A DNA stretch of 32,000 nucleotides from Edaphobacter aggregans. Lineage in GTDB: Bacteria > Acidobacteriota > Terriglobia > Terriglobales > Acidobacteriaceae. The number at the start of each line of letters is the position of its first letter. The first letter of the stretch is position 1. Shown here piece after piece: positions 7,682-15,211 of this stretch. Below the pieces are notes generated by a model, which worked only from the letters and a program-made list of their open reading frames with translations, made no database searches and was not told the DNA's origin. The stretch covers positions 5,130,001 through 5,162,000 of the forward strand of contig NZ_RSDW01000001.1 of assembly GCF_003945235.1 (NCBI RefSeq). Direction: 5' to 3'. The translations under genes and the position numbers were made by a program.

Positions 7682-8755
7682 TCAGGGGTTCGCGACGCGA
7701 ATGATTTCACCAGCGCGGGGGCCCTTTGTTACGTAGTCGAGACGGATGGGACGCCCGCCAACGAAGGCGGATCGAAGCAGGTCGAACATATCTAAACGGG
7801 TGGGTGCGTTCTGGTCGGTACGCAGTTGGAATCCGAAGGAGAGCAGGGGTTCTTCGGCGAGTTGCACGATGACTTCAGCGTCGAGGAAGTTCGGGGCTTT
7901 GCCGAATCCGCTGCCCAATTCGTGAGCTCGCAGGAATGTGATGTGGCCCACGGTCTCGATCAGGCTTCCGATAGAATTGACCCGGCCGTAGCCGATCACA
8001 TCCATAACCTGAAGATCCACAGCCGATACGGGATTGACCACGCCGCTGTTCTCAAACTGATTGAAGGAGTCGTTTGTGCCGCCTGCCCAATCGCGGGTAT
8101 CCAGATGATTTACGGAAGAGTCGTTGAACTGTTTCAGCAGAGTGGTGCCGTTGTCGATGGAGAAGAAGTTGCCAGCCCCACCTTTCAGCGACCTCTTTCC
8201 GGGACCGGTGTAGGCGAAACAGTCGATCAGGCTAAAGGTATTATTGCTGCCGGAGATGCCGGTGCGACCCATCACTTCAGCAATTTCATGCGCGGCAATA
8301 CCATGGAAATCAAATGTGTTTGGCGCGATCGGACCCGAGAAGGTGAAGGCATTTCCCGTACCGAAGGTAGTGCCTCCATCATTTGCCATATCGTCGGGAA
8401 TCTTGCCAAGCGCTTTGGCTTGCGCTCGGGTCAGCTTCCAGGTTCCGGTGCCGTTGGTGGGATCGGTCGAACTCATCGAGCCGCCAGGACCGATGGCGAT
8501 GGCATCGTTCTGTGTGGAGGCGTATGCAGTGATCTGGTTAAAGAGATCGGCGTACGAGATAGAAACGAACCAGAACGAACTCTCTCCGAAAACGTCCGTA
8601 CCGGTTACAGCATCAACGTTGATGTTGACGTGAATGTCGTCGGAGAATGCGTCGGTGAAGACCTTGGCGGCAGCAATCCAAGCCTCTTTGGCTGCTGTTG
8701 CATTGCTGCCGAAATTAGTGTCGAACCCGGACGTGAAGGTAGGAGTGATAATCAT
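7682..8755 (-). CDS. Hypothetical protein (357 aa): N-terminal metalloprotease-like domain with an HExxE variant motif (AAHEIAEVMGR), plus a C-terminal ~95-aa domain shared with the downstream gene
   Basis: Preferred start is the ATG at 8755 (GGAGG upstream; MIITPTFTSGFDTNFG...). The ORF-track start at 8944 adds 63 implausible residues. No signal peptide. The ends ...DLQVMDVIGYG and HEIAEVMG recall NF038122-type putative metalloproteases, from memory only. Confidence 0.6.
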   Translation of the reverse strand: MIITPTFTSGFDTNFGSNATAAKEAWIAAAKVFTDAFSDDIHVNINVDAVTGTDVFGESSFWFVSISYADLFNQITAYASTQNDAIAIGPGGSMSSTDPTNGTGTWKLTRAQAKALGKIPDDMANDGGTTFGTGNAFTFSGPIAPNTFDFHGIAAHEIAEVMGRTGISGSNNTFSLIDCFAYTGPGKRSLKGGAGNFFSIDNGTTLLKQFNDSSVNHLDTRDWAGGTNDSFNQFENSGVVNPVSAVDLQVMDVIGYGRVNSIGSLIETVGHITFLRAHELGSGFGKAPNFLDAEVIVQLAEEPLLSFGFQLRTDQNAPTRLDMFDLLRSAFVGGRPIRLDYVTKGPRAGEIIRVANP

Positions 8756-9009
8756 TCGACCTCCGCTGTGCTCAGGTGCTTCAGGGGCCGTCAACCATAA
8801 CTCGAACGCTTGCGCCCTGTTCGTCACCCCCTGGAAAGATGAATCATAACTGCCATGTACGGGGGAACCGGGCCGAATGAATTGGCAAACGATACCACAA
8901 CTCACTTGACCCAGTCTATGCACATGCTGCGGACGCGACAGCAAATTCTGGACGTGTGATTGCGTAACCGGAAAGTAACCCGTGATGGCGGCTTGTCACT
9001 TCTGTGGTT

Positions 9010-9078
9010 CGCGAAAAACGGGGTTTTGGGAAACTACGACCTGCCAGAGCGAAGTTGCCGATAATACGACTTTCCGGG
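9010..9078 (+). repeat. Tripartite intergenic repeat, copy R6 (chimeric: type I arm B, type II-like arm C)
   Basis: cgcgaaaaac-ggg-GTTTTGGGAAACT-acgacctgccagagcga-AGTTGCCGATAAT-acgactttccggg. Arms B and C pair at only ~9/13 positions. Confidence 0.85.
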
Positions 9079-9151
9079 CATTGCGGGATTACTTCCGGGT
9101 TGCCGGGTGATGCGGACATTTCGACCCGGATGGCCGATTCCGTCCCATCCG

Positions 9152-9571
9152 TTAGTCTGCTTTTAGGACCAGTATTGGACATGGATTGCCTGCCACTTGT
9201 TTCCCTGCGACCCACTTGTACTTCGATTTTGGGAACAAGAACCAACTGATCAAAGGACCATTAAGGCCGCTCCTCTGCGGGAGAACGACTACGTCGAGCG
9301 TTCCTTTGCTGGGAATTACAACTCGGTACTTGCCATCGGGCAAAAGGCCGAAGCGTACCCTGCCACTCTGGTCGGCGATCGCAGAATGCACCAGCTTGTC
9401 TCCGGCATATAGCTGCAATGGGGTTGCGACAGCAGGCGTGTTATCAAAGAAGACCTGCAAATCAAGAGCTTCGTCGTAGTGCAGGTTTATAGGTAACGGT
9501 GCCGGACAATCGCCTGCCCAAGCAATAAAACATACCGAAAGGACGATTAGGAGTGTCGTAAGTCTCAGCAT
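9152..9571 (-). CDS. Hypothetical secreted protein (139 aa), possibly with a carboxypeptidase-regulatory-like beta-sandwich
   Basis: ATG at 9571 gives the signal peptide MLRLTTLLIVLSVCFIAWA. The segment SGRVRFGLLPDGKYRVVIPSKG resembles CarboxypepD_reg-type motifs (weak). Confidence 0.55.
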   Translation of the reverse strand: MLRLTTLLIVLSVCFIAWAGDCPAPLPINLHYDEALDLQVFFDNTPAVATPLQLYAGDKLVHSAIADQSGRVRFGLLPDGKYRVVIPSKGTLDVVVLPQRSGLNGPLISWFLFPKSKYKWVAGKQVAGNPCPILVLKAD

Positions 9572-9729
9572 CAATATCTCCCGGTGGATCGTAGCACTTG
9601 CGAGACTGCCCAGATAGTAACTTCTCAATTGCGCTCACGACCCCTACGACCGTCCCCTCCTGTTGCGGCCGGTTTGTCGGCAATCCGGAAATAATCCTTG
9701 GCCCAATACCGATACCCGTCGTCGAACTT

Positions 9730-9787
9730 CCCGCAAAACGGGTTATCGGTAACTTGAACGAACTTTCCGATAACGTGACTTCCAGGG
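9730..9787 (+). repeat. Tripartite intergenic repeat, copy R7 (type II, 5-nt spacer)
   Basis: cccgcaaaac-gg-GTTATCGGTAACTT-gaacg-AACTTTCCGATAAC-gtgacttccaggg. Arms B and C pair at 12/14 positions. Confidence 0.85.
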
Positions 9788-9907
9788 AACGACAGTGGTA
9801 TAGCCCGTCAAAAGGCAATCAATGAAGATCAAGACCTTCTTTGGAGGGTGACGTGCGACCGCCGATAGCCTTCATACAAAGCTGAAAGGTGGTACCGTTT
9901 TCAGCAT

Positions 9908-10423
9908 ATGAGGCGGCTATTCACGGTTGGCGTATTCCTTCTGATTGCAACTTGCGCCTCGCCTTGCCAAAAGATAAAGCGCGCTTATTGTGGGGGCGAC
10001 GCAACCTTGCAGGTGGTCTACGTTGATGGGACAACGAAGTCACTGCCAAGAGAGCCGATGCAGGTTGGGTGCGATGGTGTTACCGTCGCAGACGACAAGC
10101 ATACAGTTGGCTGGTCTGTGCTGGTTGCGAACTGCTGTACTTCTTACCCAATACCCGTAGCAGTTGCAGTATTGCGCGATGGCCGAAAGCAGGTCTTCTC
10201 AGCCGAACAAATGGTTTGGCGATGGAGATTCATTAGCGGTGCCAAGAAGCTTGCAATGCTGTCAGGGCCTGTTCACGGAAATGCGGGGCAGGCTACTTTG
10301 TATGACATTCGTAGCGGACAACAATTGGCTACATGGAATGGAAGCGGTGAATCGCCGGGATGGACATCCGGTTGGGAACCGGAATTCGGCCCTCCTAACG
10401 ACCCGGTAGGCGCTCCTAAATGA
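9908..10423 (+). CDS. Hypothetical secreted (possibly lipo-) protein (171 aa)
   Basis: Signal-like N-terminus MRRLFTVGVFLLIATCASPC. Cys-rich. No recognised family. Confidence 0.55.
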   Translation: MRRLFTVGVFLLIATCASPCQKIKRAYCGGDATLQVVYVDGTTKSLPREPMQVGCDGVTVADDKHTVGWSVLVANCCTSYPIPVAVAVLRDGRKQVFSAEQMVWRWRFISGAKKLAMLSGPVHGNAGQATLYDIRSGQQLATWNGSGESPGWTSGWEPEFGPPNDPVGAPK

Positions 10424-10445
10424 ATTCCCCAAGGTCATCGTTCTT

Positions 10446-10472
10446 CCCTGTAAACGGGGTTTGCGGCAACTT
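10446..10472 (+). repeat. Half copy (arms A and B only) of the tripartite repeat, R8
   Basis: ccctgtaaac-ggg-GTTTGCGGCAACTT, starting 23 nt after the stop of 9908-10423. No arm C or right flank is recognisable. Confidence 0.6.
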
Positions 10473-10734
10473 CAAATTCTGATCCCGCCCCTAAGGCAGG
10501 CCATGGAAATGACAGAGTCTGGAAAGCCTGGAAAGCCATAAAGCCGGCTTCCCACCCTCCCCACACTCTTTGGAAATCCCTTTGGGATTACCACATTCCC
10601 ACGGCCTCGACGACGGGAGTAGGTATTTATAGGCAACGGCAGAGGCTAGCCGTTAACCTCAATTTGAGCCCCTAGCCCCGATCACGCCAGTAACGTATGA
10701 GCCGCCGAAGCTTTAGAATGCCTGGCTTTCGGTT

Positions 10735-11280
10735 TTACCAAGAGAAGCCACCCGAGACCGGGGGCCATGCCTGGTGGAGCTGGCGGAGGACAACAATGCG
10801 GCCAAGGTGATACGCGTTGTGGGCGGCGAGGCTAATGAGTTGGTCGCGTACAGACATGACCCGGGTGGGAGTGCCTGGACGGGACGGGCAGCGTACAGAT
10901 TCGTCAAGGTATCCGGTATTGCGAGCAGCAGCTGCGGCCTGCTCCGCGGTCTGGAGGAAGCGCTGGGATAGATGTTCCCAACTCTCGGCGTTGGTTTTGG
11001 AAGGGAAGCCATCAGAGGGGTGTGCGGGGAATGGCGTCTCGATGCCGCGAATCCAGTCGAGGCTGATCTGCTGCCAGAATGCAAGGTGCCAGAGCTCTTC
11101 GTAGATGGTGCGGGGAACGTTAGGGAGAATACGGTGAACGAGGTCCTCGTTGAGGCCTTCGATGATGTGGGCGGCTGGCGCGGCTGCGCTGTCGCCCGTG
11201 AGTGCCTGCGCGAGTTCGCTCATGAGTTGCTCCCTTGGCAAAGGTTTGTAGGGCTCGGGCTTTAGTTTACGAAAACGCAT
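10735..11280 (-). CDS. DinB/YfiT-like (DinB_2, DUF664-type) putative metal-dependent hydrolase family protein
   Basis: ELWHLAFWQQ ... AAHNAYHLGRIVVLRQL are the typical four-helix-bundle DinB-superfamily motifs. Its ATG overlaps the Pol IV stop codon (TGATG, 1-nt overlap at 11280). Confidence 0.75.
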   Translation of the reverse strand: MRFRKLKPEPYKPLPREQLMSELAQALTGDSAAAPAAHIIEGLNEDLVHRILPNVPRTIYEELWHLAFWQQISLDWIRGIETPFPAHPSDGFPSKTNAESWEHLSQRFLQTAEQAAAAARNTGYLDESVRCPSRPGTPTRVMSVRDQLISLAAHNAYHLGRIVVLRQLHQAWPPVSGGFSW

Positions 11281-12347
11281 CAGAGGAATAACTGGTGTCG
11301 CGTGCCTTCCTCTTCCGGATCACTGAAATTGCTCAATCCAACACCTACAAGTCGGAACTTCTGTTGTGGACTCAAGTCCACGCGCTTTCTAAGCAACAGA
11401 GCCAACTCAATGAACTCATCACAGGATGATGGTGGAGTAGGAGGCGTAAAGCTCCGAGTTAACGTGGCGAACTCACGGGTCTTTAGTTTCAGGACGACCG
11501 TGCGTGCGATCCTGGAGTCTTTGCGATAGGCGAGCCAGGTTTTTTCCGCAAGACGTCGAATAGCTGATTCGGTCTCGCTGAGAACGATGTCTCGCTCAAA
11601 GGTGTCTTCGGCGGAGATCGACTGGGTCGGTCTGTCTGACACTACTTCGCTCTCGTCTATCCCTCGCGCCAACTCGAATAGTCGTTTGCCATAGCGGCCG
11701 AATTGTTGATGAAGACTATCAAGCTCCATGCTCCTCAAATCTGAGAGGATTCGCACGCCTAACTTCTCGAGACGCTGTTCCGTCACTTTGCCCACACCAG
11801 GGATTCGACCAACGGGTAGCGGGGTTAGGAAGTTCTCCACTTCGGCTGGCTGAATGACGAACAAGCCGTTCGGCTTGCGCCAATCGGACGCTATCTTGGC
11901 CAGAAACTTGTTCGGGGCAACGCCTGCTGAGGCGGTCAGGTTCAATTCGTCTCGAATCTGCTTGCGAATCGCGATGGCAACGCGGGTTGCGGTCGTCAGG
12001 CCCGTCTTGTTTTCCGTTACATCGAGATAGGCCTCGTCGAGCGACAGGGGCTCAACAAGATCGGTATGAACTTTGAAAATCTCCCTTACAGCCGCTGATA
12101 CGGCACGATACCGAACGAAGTCTGGAGGAATGAAAACTGCCTGTGGGCACATTCGTTCGGCGCTGATTGCCGGCATGGCAGATCGGATGCCAAAGCGTCT
12201 TGCCTCATAGGAGGCTGCGCATACTACGGAACGATTTCCTTTCCAGGCGACGACGACCGGTCTGCCGCGAAGACCTGGGTCATCTCTCTGTTCGACCGAG
12301 GCGTAAAACGCGTCCATATCGACGTGAACAATCTTCCGGTTGCTCAT
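11280..12347 (-). CDS. dinB: DNA polymerase IV (Y-family)
   Basis: MSNRKIVHVDMDAFYASVEQRDDPGLRGRPVVVAW... and SLDEAYLDV are canonical Pol IV motifs. 355 aa. Confidence 0.95.
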   Translation of the reverse strand: MSNRKIVHVDMDAFYASVEQRDDPGLRGRPVVVAWKGNRSVVCAASYEARRFGIRSAMPAISAERMCPQAVFIPPDFVRYRAVSAAVREIFKVHTDLVEPLSLDEAYLDVTENKTGLTTATRVAIAIRKQIRDELNLTASAGVAPNKFLAKIASDWRKPNGLFVIQPAEVENFLTPLPVGRIPGVGKVTEQRLEKLGVRILSDLRSMELDSLHQQFGRYGKRLFELARGIDESEVVSDRPTQSISAEDTFERDIVLSETESAIRRLAEKTWLAYRKDSRIARTVVLKLKTREFATLTRSFTPPTPPSSCDEFIELALLLRKRVDLSPQQKFRLVGVGLSNFSDPEEEGTRHQLFL

Positions 12348-12360
12348 CTGTTAGCTCTCA

Positions 12361-12396
12361 TTTTATTTGCGTCGATCGTGCCACTTCCTTGTATTC
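12361..12396 (-). promoter_or_regulatory. Candidate SOS-type operator/promoter block upstream of dinB
   Basis: Read toward dinB: GAATACAAGG-aa-GTGGCACGATcgacgcaAATAAAAT-N12-ATG. The GTGGCACGAT, AATAAAA and GAATACAAG blocks recur before imuA. Confidence 0.4.
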
Positions 12397-12535
12397 AGAG
12401 CTCCTAGCCTGGCCAAGCACCCTGATTCCACCGTTGATAGTGCAACCTACACGCCCTCTAGGACTTAGCCGCATATTGTCTACGCACTAGAAACGATGCA
12501 CGTTGACTGCACAGGCTTATGTCGAGTTATTCTAG

Positions 12536-12568
12536 GTGGCACGATAGCGAATAAAAGGCGAATACAAG
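12536..12568 (+). promoter_or_regulatory. Candidate SOS-type operator/promoter block upstream of imuA
   Basis: GTGGCACGATagcgAATAAAAG-N12-ATG, with GAATACAAG inside the N12. A possible -35 TTGACT sits at 12503-12508. Confidence 0.4.
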
Positions 12569-12569
12569 C

Positions 12570-13697
12570 ATGGCCCATTTTACACAAAGCGCGATGCTGA
12601 AACGCGAGATCGAAGCAAAGCTGGCGTCGCGAATACCCGCTGCTTTGTCGCCTCAGGGATTGCAGGCGCCGAGGCTCATGGCAACTGGAGTTCCGGAGAT
12701 TGATGATCTGTTGGGCGGAGGACTGCCAATTGGTGGCATTAGTGAATTCACGGGTTTGGGAAGCTCTGGGCGAACTTCGCTTGCGCTCTCGCTGCTCGCT
12801 GAAGCATCTGGTGATTCTGCTTGTGCCTATATCGATGTGAACGACAGCATTGACCCAAGAAGCGCTGCGGCTGCAGGTGTCTATCTGCGAAACCTGCTTT
12901 GGGTTCGCCTGGCTTCTGTTCCACACGAGTCGACTACTCGAAAGGCACCGTCCACTGCTCCATCCCTCGCTTCATCAGCGAACACGGGGAAGTTGGCGGG
13001 ACAGCATTGCGGGGGACATCATCCTCGCACTGAGACAAAGGGACTTAATAGAGCTTTAGAAAAGATGCTGGCGGAAAAGGCAGAAGCGAGGATCGAGAAA
13101 AAGGTGGGGACACCGGGCTATCCCAATCGCAGGCTAAGCCTGGAGGCAGCGCCCGAAGAGCAGATCCGGTACGAACACTTCAATTCACGACGGTCGGATG
13201 CGTCCGACCAGCTCCGGCAGGCAGATGAACGGGCGGCTATGGAAGCTCGTCAGCGCATTCAGGCTGCAGTTATTTTGGGTTCTTCGATGCGAGGACGGGA
13301 GAAGCCATGGAATCGATTGGAGAATTCTATTCGAGCGACAGACCAGATCCTGCAATCGGGTGGCTTCCGTGTGGTCGTTCTCGATCTCGCATCCGTTCCA
13401 CAAGATCAGGCGCTGCGGATTCCATCAGCGACGTGGTTCCGCTTTCGACGCGCGGCGCAGGAGAGCGATGCGATCTTCCTGTTGCTGACGCAGGTAGCAT
13501 GTGCAAGATCGAGCGCGCTGTGCGTGCTCGACTGCTCAGGTGGAATTTCAAGTTCTTCTCAGAATGTCCTCTGTGGGTTGTCGCGGTCGGTTGAGGTGGC
13601 CCGTCAACGCTTAAGCAGTCCATTCGCCAAGAAGGCGCCGGGCCGGGCTGTCACCTGGGAAGCAACACCAGTCTGGATGCGCGCGGCGGGGAGATAG
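12570..13697 (+). CDS. imuA: ImuA (RecA/SulA-like component of the imuA-imuB-dnaE2 mutasome), with a ~130-aa central insertion
   Basis: ATGVPEIDDLLGGGLPIGGISEFTGLGSSGRTSLALSLLAEAS...LLWVR and ...ILQSGGFRVVVLDLAS match the ImuA core. It sits immediately upstream of imuB and dnaE2. Confidence 0.85.
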   Translation: MAHFTQSAMLKREIEAKLASRIPAALSPQGLQAPRLMATGVPEIDDLLGGGLPIGGISEFTGLGSSGRTSLALSLLAEASGDSACAYIDVNDSIDPRSAAAAGVYLRNLLWVRLASVPHESTTRKAPSTAPSLASSANTGKLAGQHCGGHHPRTETKGLNRALEKMLAEKAEARIEKKVGTPGYPNRRLSLEAAPEEQIRYEHFNSRRSDASDQLRQADERAAMEARQRIQAAVILGSSMRGREKPWNRLENSIRATDQILQSGGFRVVVLDLASVPQDQALRIPSATWFRFRRAAQESDAIFLLLTQVACARSSALCVLDCSGGISSSSQNVLCGLSRSVEVARQRLSSPFAKKAPGRAVTWEATPVWMRAAGR

Positions 13698-13699
13698 CG

Positions 13700-15211
13700 G
13701 TGGGCTACGCAGCGATTTACATCCCGGAGTTTCCGTCGTTGGCCTGGCTGCGACTCGAACCCAGTGCTCGGCCCCGTGCCATTGCTGTCGTTGAGGGTAG
13801 TGCACCGCTCGAACGCATTGTTTCGTTCAATCGAGCTTCGAAAGAGCTAGGCCTTAAACACGGAATGAGTAAGGTGCAGGCAGATACGTCCGGTCAGATC
13901 CTATTTCATGCCCGCTCTATTGCAGAAGAGGAGGCCGCCTTGGATGTGGTCGTTGAAGCTGCAGAAGCATTTTCCCCGCGCGTCCAGATCATCGCTTCGC
14001 CAGTAAACCAGTACGCGAAGTCGAAGCAGCCTGCAGCAGTGCTCCTGCTGGATCAGACGGGAACAGAGAAGCTATTCGGTAGTGCGAGAAGTTTTGCCGA
14101 GAAGCTTCGGAAGGCACTCCATGATCTCGATTTTCCATCGAATGTCGCGGTCGCTCCGAATGCGGAAGCAAGCCTGTTGCTGGCGAGGAGCTATTCCGGA
14201 GTTACCCAGGTCGATCAGCGGGATGTGCAAGCCAAGCTCGCTCCCCTGTCGCTATCGATGCTTCGATGTGAAGGCGCACCCCTCGCCACGTTGACACGGT
14301 GGGGAATCAGGAATCTTGGGGAACTTGCTGCGCTTCCTGAGACGGCGTTAGTAAGCCGCATCGGCCAGCAGGGAAGGCGACTGCGGCGACTTGCTTTAGG
14401 GGTTGAAGATCATCTGCTCGTTCCGGAAGATCCCGCTTTTGTTCTTTCCGACCACGTCCTGCTGGATACGCCATTAGAGTCCATGGAGTCGCTCTTGTTC
14501 ATCCTTTCACCGATGCTTGAAAAGCTGCTCAAGCAGGCGATCAACCATGCTTACGCTCTGCGGAGCGTGACCACCACACTGGAATTGGAGAAGCGTACTC
14601 CACATCAACTCGAGGTACGTCCAGCGGTTCCGGTGCAAAACAAAGACCTACTACTCAAGCTGCTAAACCTGAAGCTGCAGTCTGATCCCCCGCAGGCAGG
14701 AATTCTTGGTGTAACGCTCGCGGCCGAACCGGCTGTCCCACAGGTATCGCAGCGCGGCCTGTTCCAGGCGCAATTTCCGGAGCCGGACAAACTCGACCTC
14801 CTCCTCGCACGACTCAAGTCGATTGTCGGCGAGGCAAACGTTGGCTCGCCTGTGCTGTGCAACAGCCATCGTGATGATGAATTCAGGATGGGCCCGTTCC
14901 AACCAACGGCGGGCGGAACGGAAAGACCACCTAAATCAAAGACAGTGCGGTCGACCTTGCGTCGATTTCGTCCGCTGCAGCCGGCAAGGGTTGTCTTTCG
15001 CGGAGCCGCACCATCTCTGCTCTTTTGGAATGGGGAGCGGCTGGAACTTGGGGATGTAACCGGCCCCTGGCAATCGAGTGGATATTGGTGGGACGGGCGG
15101 CAGTGGGAAGCCGACGAATGGGACGCAATCGTGGCGCAGCCTCCACAGGCTTTGCGCCTTCGGCATGAACCCAAACCCGGGAGTTGGTACGTCGCGGGGC
15201 AATATGACTGA
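13700..15211 (+). CDS. imuB: ImuB (catalytically inactive Y-family polymerase-like protein)
   Basis: GTG start 2 nt after the imuA stop. MGYAAIYIPEFPSLAWLR is a typical ImuB N-terminus. 503 aa. Overlaps dnaE2 by 8 nt. Confidence 0.9.
   Translation: MGYAAIYIPEFPSLAWLRLEPSARPRAIAVVEGSAPLERIVSFNRASKELGLKHGMSKVQADTSGQILFHARSIAEEEAALDVVVEAAEAFSPRVQIIASPVNQYAKSKQPAAVLLLDQTGTEKLFGSARSFAEKLRKALHDLDFPSNVAVAPNAEASLLLARSYSGVTQVDQRDVQAKLAPLSLSMLRCEGAPLATLTRWGIRNLGELAALPETALVSRIGQQGRRLRRLALGVEDHLLVPEDPAFVLSDHVLLDTPLESMESLLFILSPMLEKLLKQAINHAYALRSVTTTLELEKRTPHQLEVRPAVPVQNKDLLLKLLNLKLQSDPPQAGILGVTLAAEPAVPQVSQRGLFQAQFPEPDKLDLLLARLKSIVGEANVGSPVLCNSHRDDEFRMGPFQPTAGGTERPPKSKTVRSTLRRFRPLQPARVVFRGAAPSLLFWNGERLELGDVTGPWQSSGYWWDGRQWEADEWDAIVAQPPQALRLRHEPKPGSWYVAGQYD

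Noticed and set aside
7826-8800. 324-aa + strand ORF (also 8244-8633 and 8634-8849)
   Set aside because: This is an antisense shadow of the 7682-8755 gene in GC-rich DNA. The composition is low-complexity G/A/V-rich, with no SD and no recognisable motifs, whereas the minus-strand frame has coherent domain content and a paralogue.
4116-9249. ORFs that read through repeat copies (4116-4310, 4229-4477, 5064-5261, 6897-7094, 7053-7292, 8916-9245, 9004-9249, 9462-9818, 9598-9825), and N-terminal extensions of real genes into repeats (5186, 8944)
   Set aside because: Their only similarity to one another is the translated repeat (QNPVLRE and VIGNF/IIGNF peptides). They lack SDs and overlap better-supported genes or intergenic repeats.
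861-10472. The repeat array interpreted as a canonical integron (attC sites) or as a CRISPR array
   Set aside because: I found no RYYYAAC...GTTRRRY core pair in the expected geometry; the arms read GTT...AAC from the outside in. No intI-like gene is in the window. The only integrase is a phage-type enzyme next to ssrA, 12 kb away. Spacings of 0.7-2 kb contain full genes, and the repeats are imperfect, which is incompatible with CRISPR. Only 'cassette-like' is retained, as a hypothesis in the findings.
10481-10734. Non-coding stretch with ggaaagcc-tggaaagcc, the AAGCCGGCTT palindrome and the hairpins ggaaatccc-ttt-gggattacc and aacggc-N8-gccgtt; its translation (..KAGFPPSPHSLEIPLGLPHSHGLDD..) resembles peptides I associate with spurious ORFs over dispersed acidobacterial repeats
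   Set aside because: I cannot assign it to any RNA family or mobile element from memory. There is only one copy in the window. It is left unresolved and is worth a BLASTN/Rfam check.
12361-12556. Sigma-54 promoter reading of the TGGCAC motifs before dinB and imuA
   Set aside because: The dinB copy has TGGCAC-N5-ACGC (correct GG-N10-GC spacing but no TTGC). The imuA copy has no GC at the -12 position (TGGCAC-gatag-CGAA). No enhancer-binding protein context is present. An operator or spacer element is more plausible.
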